A stretch of 64,000 bases of DNA, taken from positions 28,508,388 to 28,572,387 of the forward strand of contig NC_092670.1 of assembly GCF_964355755.1 (NCBI RefSeq), written 5' to 3'. Numbering within the stretch: position 1 is the stretch's first letter; each line of letters begins with the position of its first letter. The stretch is from Antedon mediterranea (Eukaryota; Animalia; Echinodermata). The position numbers and the translations under genes were made by a program. This document shows, one piece after another, positions 49,240 to 61,214 of this stretch. The notes beneath the pieces were generated by a model, which saw only the letters and a list, made by a program, of their open reading frames with translations, was not told where the DNA came from and searched no databases.

Positions 49240-52200
49240 ATTCAAATTCTGCAAATTCGTCACTTATATTTTGTTTGCTAAATGCTCGTTCATTGCGTAA
49301 CAAAAGTGATGAATTCACAGACTTTGTTGTTAGTAATGACATTGATATCGTGTCTGTGTCTGAAACATGGATTCGACCTGATGACAACCTCTCCATTGGA
49401 AACATAACTCCACTTGGATATTGTTTCAAACATGTTCCTAGATTGGATAAAATCGGTGGGGGGTTGGAATTTTATTTAAATCTAGTCTAAGTGTTAATAT
49501 GAAAAATGATGTAAATGTTTATTCTTCATTTGAATCAATACATTTACAGTTTACATTAAGTACAAAAACAATTTATATTGTATGCATCTATAGACCACCG
49601 AGTTCACCGACTTTCTTAATGAATTTGAAAATATGATTTTTGATTATCTCATTATTCCATCAGAAGTAATTTTTTGTGTTGATTTTAATATCCACATTGA
49701 TGAAAATGAGAATATCGCTGCAAATAAATTTAATCGTCTATTGCAGTATTTTAATTTTATACAGCATGTAAATGAACCTACGCATGATGGTGGTCATTGT
49801 CTTGATCTCATTATTACTAGAGATGTTTCTCTGATCTCGGGGATCACTGTAAAACCGGGTATCTCTGATCATTTTTCTATACTTTGTAGTCTCGACTTCA
49901 AGAAACCACCTCTTCCTAAATCTAAAATTAAAATCCGAAATATAAACAGTATTGATACAACAATATTTTCAAATGACATACAAGCTTGGTTGTCTGATAT
50001 GCATGATGGTACTTTGGAAGAAAATATTGAAAGTTACTGCTTTTTAAGAGAAGATATGGATCAACACGCACCTTTAAAAACAAAATGTATCAAACTAAAT
50101 TCTTCAAAACCGTGGTATACTGATGAAATTAGATCTGCGAGAAAACTCCGTCGCGTATTTGAGAGAAAATGGATGAAATCAAAAAATACATTAGATAGAC
50201 AGAAATATTGTCATCAGCGGTGTATTGTTAATATGCTTGTTGCTAAGTGCTAAGAAACAATATTATTCTGATCTGGTCGAAGATTGCTCAGGTGATCAGA
50301 AGAAGCTGTTTAAAGTTGTAAACAATCTTTTACACTGTTCTAAATCGTCGGTGCTTCCATTTTCTCACTCAGATGAATTGCTTGCAGAAAGATTTTCCGT
50401 ATTTAAAAAAAATTAAATTGTTAATATTCGTAAACTTCTTGTTAAAGATAGTGCTGGAAGTTTGTCTCATTACTTTAATAACGACGTATGCTGTGAAAAT
50501 TATAATTGTCCATCCCTTTGTATATTTGAACCTGCAAGTGAAAAAGAAATTTCTGAAATTGTCAAAAACTCGCCTGCTAAATCTTGCAGTTTTGATCCAG
50601 TTCCTACTCTGTTAATTAAAAGAAATGCTGTTGTTTTTGTTCCACTAATTGCACGTGTCGTTAATCTGTGTTTGGAAACTGGGGTTTTCCCAGATATTTG
50701 TAAAATCTCGCACATACGTCCTCAATTAAAGAAATCGGGTCTTGATCCTGAAAAGCTATCCAATTACAGACCAGTATCAAATCTGTATTTTCTTGGAAAA
50801 GTAATTGAAAAAGTGGTATCTAAACGTATACTGTAAAGGATAATTCTTTATTTGACCCGTTTCAATCAGCGTATAAAGCACATCACAGTACTGAAACTGC
50901 ACTGCTGCGCGTTAGCAATGATATACTTCGTGCGATGGATGTTGGAAAAGTAACTGCTTTAATTTTACTTGACTAGATGGCACGCTCGCTTCGCTCGCGT
51001 ACCATCTAGGGGTGCTCACAGATGGTTCTCGAATACAGTAGAATAGAATAGAGACAACAAAACCAATACTGGATTCCATAAAGGACAATTAATTTATGTG
51101 GACTAAAGAAATTAGGGAGAAATGGAAATGTATGTACCGGGGAATTGGGCGGCACGTGGTGGTGATGGAACCGCAGTAATAAAGTTGATTGTATTTATAT
51201 ATTATAAGAACCAAACTAAATAAATAGACCTAGACATTCTGCGAAATGGAAATCGGAAATTCAAGCTCCTATTCAGTGAAAAATTAAACTGTAGTCTACC
51301 TAAATATTTAGGACAAATCATCGGTTGTGGTGGTTGAAATTCCTGTTAACATTTGTGTGAACCAAACTGGGTCGAATTTCTGTCATGAGTACTGATTTGT
51401 TGGCCTGTGATTTATGACGCCTAAGGGATCTATCTAGACTTATTTTTTAGAATAATGTACGTACCTGTCAGATACAATTGTCTTGTGTCGTATAATAAAT
51501 AAGTACTGTAATAGTTACTGAAGTTACTATTACAATCTCGTCAATGAAAACACGAAAATGTATATGCACTTACTTATGAAAACGTATACAGTATTATACT
51601 CAGTTATTGAAACAGTAGGTTTAAAAAAGTTTCGTTTGTCTGTAAAATGATGTAATCAAGCTGTTTACATGAGTCTTAATTTATAAGCACATCAATAATA
51701 AAATAGTTTATCTATCCTGTAATTGGCGAGATTATGGTCGCTGTTGAATGAAATAAAGCCAATCGGTATCATATTTGTACAGAAACGTTTTCGCGGCCGA
51801 AGGGTGTAACCTAAATTCGTTGTATTATCGTCAAGAACTAACTGTAACTAAACTTACATAGAAAGTAGGGTATCATAAATTTGGCCTTAGCACTCGGGGG
51901 AGTGGCTAAGATGAAGTCCGTGGGACTACTAAATATAAATTGTAATGAACCTCGAGGGACATAAATAGGAATATTTCATGTTTCATTATCAATGTATAAT
52001 AAATGGAAACTGTTTACCGATTCAAATAATATAAATTGGTTTTTAACATTTTCCGAACCTATTGCAAGTTTATTCTCAAAGGGCCCATATATTTACCTAC
52101 CGTATGTGTTAAACCAAGGGCTCATAAATTTACCTACAGTACTTGTGTTAAACCAAACTCTGGCAGACTGAGAGATTGGGATGTTCCATTCATCGCAAAT

Positions 52201-53749
52201 CAATACATTTGTATAATCGTATATTAAATCTATCAAAATAGTATTTTTTAAAGAAAATCGGCCTGTCTTCAACATTATGATGGTGTACTCTAGCTGTTCA
52301 ACCGGTTTTCAGCTATTAAAAACAATTATCGTAGGAGGAGATAGAAAAATGCGAAGCCTCCTCGCATTTTTTTGGCGGGTATTTTTCAAGATGGACATCC
52401 ATTAGACAGTGTATACCACGATCGGAAAACACCCCTATTTGGGTCAAATCGTTGAACCTAAATTCGTTTTAATCGTCAATAACTAATTATCTAACTCAAT
52501 TTAATTAGTAAACAGGGTTACATCAGGCGGTTAAAATCAGTACCGAAAGTACGAACCAACTTTACATACCATCGAGTGAAAATTCTAGAAGTAAGGCGCG
52601 ATTTACCGAATTTTGCCCTTACGTAAATTTATATATAGATTTGAGTGCTGCGTTTTATACGGTAGATCATAGTATTCTGACTGAGAGGTTGCATGCTTCT
52701 ATTGGTGTTGAGGGATGTGCACTAAGATGGTGTCAATCATACTTGGAGGACAGACCTCAACACATTTGTATTAGAGAGGTAATCTCTCAACCTACCACTT
52801 TAAATTACTCTGTTCCGCAAGGATCTGTGTTAGGTCCACAATTGTTTACAATTTATGTATATCCTATTCGTGATATCATTAAGAAATATAATCTTAGCTA
52901 TCATGTTTACGCTGATGACACTCAGATATATATATCGTTTAAACCTAACATGACACAGAGTGAATTATCAATTGATTTGCTTGAAAATGTATCTCTGAAA
53001 TTCGTGTCTGGATGGCCAAAAACGTTTTGAAACTTAATGATTATAAGACTGAGTACATTCTATTTGGTTCGCAACAACAATTAGAGAAAATTCCATCTAG
53101 GAGGGTTTCCATTGGTAACTTTTGTACTAAAAATACTACACAAGTTAGAAATCTTTGTGTAATTCTGGATTCTAATATGACAATGACGGCTCATATTTCT
53201 AAAATTACGTCTGCATCGTCATATCATTTAAGAAATATTCGAGGCATCAGAAAATACTTAAATCGTGCAGCTGCTGAGCAACTTGTACATGCATTTGTTA
53301 GTTCGCGTCTCGATATGTGTAACTCCTTGTTATTTGGTCTCCCACAAAAATAACTCCACAGGCTTCAGCTGATTCAAAATACAGCGGCACGAGTTGTTAA
53401 AAAACTACCAAGATATGCACACATATCAAATACCTTGGAAACTTTGCATTGGCTTCCTGTTAGGTACCGCATTGTTTTTAAGTCTATTAATGGCATGGCT
53501 CCTGAATATATTTCTGACATGCTTAGGCTGTATGTTCCCAGACGGAATCTGCGTTCTAGTGATACGCTGCTTCTACATCAACCTAAGTCTCACCACTCAT
53601 GGGGAGACAGAGCTTTCACCGTTACTGCTCCTCGTCTATGGAATGCTCTACCGAGCTCTATAAGATTTTGCAAAACTGTTGATACTTTTAAAAAATTATT
53701 AAAAACACATTTATTCATTAAGGCATATGGAAATCACGAGGTTTCTTAA
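49116..53749 (+). pseudogene. L2 ORF2 (AP endonuclease + reverse transcriptase), frameshifted and split by Helitron
   Basis: LLNARSLRNK, VSETW, DFNIH, PTH..GHCLDLII, ISDH (APE); NYRPVSNL, LLD|LSAAF.TVDH, VPQGSVLGP, YADDTQ (RT); LHWLPV. Confidence 0.93.
50973..52639 (-). mobile_element. Non-autonomous Helitron (1667 bp)
   Basis: Minus strand begins TCTATATATA and ends with a GC-rich hairpin then CTAG; inserted between A and T without TSD; removing it restores CTT GA|T TTG AGT GCT GCG (L-D-L-S-A-A). Confidence 0.93.
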
Positions 53750-54060
53750 AGTTCTAGAATTTTATAGCATACTTTTTCCTGACCAGCATTATCTTATGGG
53801 GTGCCTCTGTCTTGGTTGTTGTCTCTGAGCACCCGGTCGTCTGTGGCAAAGCAAATGTGTATCCTGTTCCTTTGTTTGTTCACCTAGGTAGGGGTCCGGG
53901 ACCGCGACAGAACGAGAACGGATGGGGACCCTCCAAAGAAATTGCATTTTATTTGTCAGGCATTTGTATTATTTGTTTTTATTTATTTTTTTTGAATGCG
54001 CCTTAAGCACTCTTGAGTGGTATGTGCGCTATAAAAATCCTGTTATTATTATTATTATTA

Positions 54061-55456
<1,396 letters not shown>

Positions 55457-55461
55457 TAATT

Positions 55462-55474
55462 TGGTGGCAGCGGT
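55462..55474 (+). promoter_or_regulatory. Primer-binding site, tRNA-Leu type
   Basis: TGGTGGCAGCGGT 5 nt after the LTR; complementary to the ...ACCGCTGCCACCA 3' end of tRNA-Leu. Confidence 0.8.
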
Positions 55475-55907
55475 TATTTCGATCTACTGTTCGACTTAAC
55501 TGTGTATTTATCTACTGTTGTGATATTTAGTGGTAGCAGTTTGATCTACTGTATTTTGCCATAGATTGGTGGCTGTTTTTGGACCCCATTGGAAATAAGT
55601 TTACTTTTTTGTCGACTTAATGGGTTATCCAGGTATTCTTTTAATACATTGTATATTTTAACTTTTTATGTATGAATATCGAATAAAATCAATCAATCAA
55701 TCAACTGTAATGTATTGATATATTTTGAGGAAGCGGTACTTACGATACTGTGATATTTTACGGAAGCCGTGGTGCTACGTTTTGTTTAATCGTAAGTACA
55801 CAAACATTGTTTTAAGAACAGTACATTATCTATTTGGAACAGTAGACTTGTGAACGTCTCGGTAACTACGATTAACTAGTAACAAGACCCTCATCAAGAT
55901 TTAAAAT

Positions 55908-57110
55908 ATGGCTGATAAACAATCAACAACAAGATCCGGTAGAGAATACAGCGGCGGCGATGAATCTGATTCTGATGTACAATCAGTTCAATCAATACAA
56001 CCTGAACAACAGGCAGAAGAGTCTTGACCAACCAGTGGACATAACCCTACAGGTGCTGAATCATTTTCAAAACATTTTGTGTTGTTGATGCAGCAACAAA
56101 TGTTACAGCAAACTCTTATGATGCAGCAGATGATGGAACAACAAGAACGTTTACGCAAAGAAGATATGGAAAAACAAGAACGTTTACGCAAAGAAGATAT
56201 GGTAAAACAAGAACGTTTACGCCAAGAAGAAATGGAAAAATAAGAACGTTTACGTCAAGAAGATATGGACAGACAAGAACGTTTACGTAGGAAAGATATG
56301 GATAAACAGCAAGCATCAGTAATGGCGTTAATGGATAAGCAAAAGGACTGTGAGGAGAGACGATTAAAAGACTTAATGAAATTGAAGGAAGTTCAGATTG
56401 CAAAACTTTCTGACAGTGATGATATTGAAAATTATCTCACTACGTTTGAACGAATTGCTAACACCTATGATTGGCGAAACGAACACTGGGTAGTAAAACT
56501 AATACCTCATTTGACAGGCAAAGCAAGAGCAGCCTATGCATCACTACCAGTGACTGAAAGTAACCAGTACAACATAGTGAAGAAAGCATTATTACAAAGG
56601 TATGACATAACTGAAGAGACATATAGGCAAAGGTTTAGGTAAATTAAAAATAAAAGTGAAGAAAGTTATAGAGAAATGTATGTTAGGTGAAAAGATTTAT
56701 TTACTAAGTGGGCTAGGCCTGCTGATAAAAGCAAAGATGGTTTAGCTGAAATTGTTATTTTAGAGCAATTAATAGATATTATGCCCACAGGGGTACACAT
56801 TTGGATTAAAGAACATAAACCAGATTCTGGATTAAATGCTGCAGAATTAGCAGATAATTATTTTCAAGCTAGAAAAGGTATCGATTTTGTGAAAAAGTTT
56901 CAAAATAGAAAACATGAAAATAGAAACAACCAGGAGAAAACAGTGAAAGGCACGCCTGAAGTTGACAGTAAGGGTAATAATAATCCCCCTGATAACTTTC
57001 AGAAATCACAATCTGACGCTAGACAACCTCTCGTTTGTAGACGGTGCAAAAAAGTAGGCCATATTGAACGATTTTGTCGTAGTAAGGATGGCTTTTTGTC
57101 GAAAAAGACA
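55908..57110 (+). pseudogene. gag: Gag with 11-aa repeats, SCAN-like capsid domain and CCHC knuckle
   Basis: DDIENYLTTFER, LTGKARAAY, ETYRQRFR, ILEQL, WIKEHKP...AAELADNY, CRRCKKVGHIERFC; in-frame stops. Confidence 0.85.
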
Positions 57111-57112
57111 GA

Positions 57113-57156
57113 CCCTCTCTCTCAGATCTCTCTCTCGCAGATCTCTATCTCTTGCT

Positions 57157-57190
<34 letters not shown>

Positions 57191-57264
57191 GCCCTCTCTC
57201 TCTCTTGCTGATCTCTCTCTCATAAATCTCTCTCTCGCTGATCTCTCTATCTCTCTCCTTCGCT

Positions 57265-57357
<93 letters not shown>

Positions 57358-57461
57358 CGCTGATCTCTCTCTCTCCCCCCTCTCTCTCTCTCTCTCCCTC
57401 CCCCTCTCTTTTTTCGATGATCTCTCTCCCTCCCTCTCTGATCTCTCTCTCGCTGATTTCT
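57113..57461 (-). repeat. GA minisatellite, inverted (CT-rich)
   Basis: Reverse complement of motifs at 54660-54900 (e.g. TTTTTTCGATGATCTCTCTCCCTCCCTCTCTGATC). Confidence 0.9.
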
Positions 57462-58697
57462 CATATGGATTCCTTTTAGCGAAAAAGGACAATTCAGAAA
57501 ACAGCTATTTTGGCACTCGTCACAGATCAGTGCACACAGCCACAAATATTCTGCTGAGCAGTGTACTGTTTAGACTATTCCATTCTCAAAATAGGTAAAT
57601 TGTTTATAAGGTCAATTGAATTGATTTAAGATTCAAGAAATTTCAACCTCGGTTTCTTAAATAGTTATTACATTATGTTCAACTGCGGTTTTACGAAAAT
57701 CTATTATCATCTCTTTGGTTTTAGTAATATTAAGTATTAAGTTCATATTCTCACACCAATTAACAAATGAACACATTGCAAATAAACAGGTAGGCCAGTT
57801 TCAATTCAAACTTTATAGAAACCACCACATAATATATATGTATAAAAAGGTCATATATATATAGTCCAAATCACTGTTAAATAGTCCCTTAGATATATTA
57901 ATTCTAACTTTACTAAGAAGAAACATAATTATTGCCTACTTATGTTCATTATATTTCCCTTTGATAAAATGGAATAACCCGCTACCAATCCAGCCTAGCC
58001 TAGCCTATGTTAGACAATGGCCGATGCGAAATTTGTGTATACACTTAAAAGGGCTAGTAGCTTATAGACTATTTAGGTGGTATTATTTTGTATTTTCTCT
58101 AAAAAAATTACACAGAATTATTTTATATGACTTTAACTACAATATTGATTAACAAATTGTAATGAAAATAAGCAGAATATACTCACATTTGGGTATCAAA
58201 CACAGGTCAATAGTACACATAAGAGAATTTCACGCGGAATTTCCCAAAAATATGCTGTTTAGTAATCAAATTTTCGCGGGTCTCACCATCATCCAATCAA
58301 AAATAATTTTACATGGTTAGAAAGCCACTGTATAGGAGACTACGATGTTAAAAGAACTAAGTTTTAAGAGGACGCTGTTCAAAGTTGTGGCGATTTCAAA
58401 ACTATACATCAGCGAAAAACGCGAATTTCACACAGGAATCGGCTGTTTTTTGGCCGGGACAGGGTATGTTTAATGTAAATTCGCGATTTCCAGCTATCAA
58501 AAATTAATTTTTTAAATACATAGTCAGAAAGTACAATACCTTAGCTTCAACATAGTATGAGAACTAATGTATACTATGCGAGATAAAGATTTTACAAGTA
58601 TAAATGTGAAAAAAAGTAGTTTCCTCCATGCACTTAGAATAGGAACAATGTCGTGCGGAAGACGTTTTTGGATTAGTGCACCAAAGGAATCCATATG
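57462..58697. mobile_element. Unclassified non-autonomous DNA transposon (1236 bp, 15-bp TIR, 4-bp TSD)
   Basis: Perfect TIR CATATGGATTCCTTT / AAAGGAATCCATATG; TTCT duplicated at 57458-57461 and 58698-58701. Confidence 0.85.
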
Positions 58698-59232
58698 TTC
58701 TTGCTGATCTCTCTCTCGCTGATCTCTCCCTCGCTGACCTCTATCTCGCTGATCTCTCTTTCTCTCTCTTGCTGATCTCTCTCTCATAAATCTCTCTCTC
58801 GCAGATCTCTCTCGCTGATCTCTCTATCTCTCTCCCTCGCTACTCTCTCTATCTCTCTCCCTCGCTGCTCTCTCTCTCTCTCTCTCGTTGATCTCTCTTA
58901 TTTGAAGAAATCTCTCTTGCTGATCTCTCTCTCTATCTCGCAGAACTCTCTCTCTCTCTTGCTGATCTCTCTCTAGTTAATCTCTCTCTCGCTGATCTCT
59001 CTCTCTCTCGCTGCTCTATCTCGCTGATCTCTCTCATTTGCAGAATTCTCTCTTGCTGATCTCTCTCTCTCTCGCTGATCTCTCTCACTCTCTCTCAGAT
59101 CTCTCTCTCGCTGATCTCTATCTCTCAATGATCTCTCTCTCTTTCGCTGATCTCTATCTCTCAATGATCTCTATCTCTCTCTCTCTCTCGTTGATCTCTA
59201 TCTCTCAATGATCTCTCTCTCTCTCTCTCTCT
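58698..59232 (-). repeat. GA minisatellite, inverted (CT-rich)
   Basis: Reverse-complement match to complex units at 54430-54830. Confidence 0.9.
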
Positions 59233-61210
59233 CACCCCTTCCACAGGAATTATTTCGAAAAATAACAAAAATTTCCACCTTTAAACTTCAATAATTAGGC
59301 TATAATATTGCCATTTATGCACATATATTGTGTTAACATCATCTTATAGAGCCATACTAGTTATATCAAAAAATAAAAGGGTCGAAATTTGGCCTTTTTT
59401 GCAAAATTTCCCTGTGGGGGACCATAGGAATTTTTTCGAAAAATGGCCAAAATTTCCACTTTTTAAAATTCAATAATTATGCTATTATATTGGCATTTAT
59501 GCAAATATATTGTGTTAGCATCATTTTATAGAGCCATCGGTAACTAGTTATGTCAAAAAATAAAAGGGTCGAAATTTAACAATTTATCGAAAATTTCGCT
59601 GCGGGGGACCATAGGATTTTTTTTTCGAAAAATGATCTAAATTTCCATTGTTTAAAATTCAAAAATTATGCTATAATATTGCCATTTATGCAAATATATT
59701 GTGCTAACATCATCTTATAGAGCCATATTAACTAGTTATGTAAAAAAATAAAAGGATCAAAATTTGGCCATTTTTCGAAAATTTCTCTGCTGGGGAACAT
59801 AGGATTTTTTTCGAAAAATGGCCAAAATTTCCACTTTTTAAAATTCAATAATTATGCTATAATATTGCCATTTATGCAAATATATTGTGCAAACATCATC
59901 TTATAGAGCCATAGTAACTAGTTATGTCAAAAAATAAAAGCGTCGCAATTTTGAAAGTTTTGGAAAATTTTCCTGCGGGGGACCAAATGAATTTTTTCGA
60001 AAAATAACCAAAATTTACACCTTTAAACTTCAATAATTAGGCTATAATATTGCCATTTATGCACATATATTGTGTTAACATCATCTTATAGAGCCATAGT
60101 AACTAGTTATGTCAAAAAATAAAAGGATCAAAATTTGGCAATTTTTCGAAAATTTTCCTGCGTGTGACCACAGGAATATTTTCAAAAAATAACCAAAATT
60201 TCCACCTTTTAAAATTCAATAATTAGGCTATAATATTGCCATTTATGCACATATATTGTGCTAACATCATCTTATAGAGATATAGCAACAAGTTATGTCA
60301 AAAAAATAAAGGGGACGAAAAATGGAATCATTTTCCACTTTTTAAAATTAAATAATTATGCTATAATATTTCCATTTATACAGGTATATTTTGCTAAAAT
60401 CATCTTATAGAACCATAGTAACTAGTTATGTCAAAAAATAAAAGCGTCGAAATTTGGCGATTTTTCGAAAATTTCGCTACGAGGATTTTTTTTCGATAAA
60501 TGGTCAACATTTCCATGGTTTAAAATTAAAAAAGTATGCTATAATAGTGCCATTTATGCAAATATATTGTGCTAACATCATCTTATAGAGCCATAGTAAC
60601 TAGTTATATCAAAAAATAAAAGGTTTGAAATTTGGCCATTTTTACGAAAATTTCCCAGCAGGGGACCATAGAAATTTTTTAGAAAAATGGCCAACATTTA
60701 CAATTTTTAGAATTCTATAATTAGGCAATATATTATATTGTGTTAACATCATCTTATAGAGCCATACTAGTTACATCACAAAATAAAAGGTTTGAAATTT
60801 GGCCATTTTTCGAAAAATGTTCCTGCGGGGGACCATAGGACTTTTTTTCGAAAAATGGTCAACATTTCCATTGTTTCAAATTTAAAAAGTATGCTACAAA
60901 ATTGCCATTTATGCAAATATATTGTGCTAACATCATCTTAAAAAGCCATAGTAACTAGTTATGTTAAAAAATAAAAGGTTTGAAATTTGGCCATTTTTGG
61001 GAAAGTTTCCATGCGGGGGACTATAGAATTTTTTCGAAAAATGGCCAAAATTTCCACTTTTTAAAATTCAATAATTATGCTATTATATTGGCATTTATGC
61101 AAATATAATATATATTGTGTTAGCATCATCTTATAGAGTCATCGGTAACTAGTTATGTCAAAAAATAAAAGGGTCGAAATTTGGTCATTTTTCGAAAATT
61201 TCCCCGCGGA
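59233..61210. repeat. Satellite 3: ~186-bp diverged tandem repeat (~11 units)
   Basis: CCATAGGA...TTCGAAAAA...GCTATAATATTGCCATTTATGC...CATCATCTTATAGAGCCATAGTAACTAGTTAT recurs at 59241, 59422, 59609, 59797. Confidence 0.93.
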
Positions 61211-61214
61211 AAGA

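Larger units (their letters stand above)
47077..54060 (+). mobile_element. Near full-length decayed L2-clade LINE
   Basis: 5' UTR, ORF1, APE-RT ORF2 with YADDTQIY and C-terminal LHWLPV; 3' end GCGCCTTAAGCACTCTTGAGTGGTATGTGCGCTATAAAAATCC + (TTA)n tail; inserted in the GA minisatellite. Confidence 0.92.
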
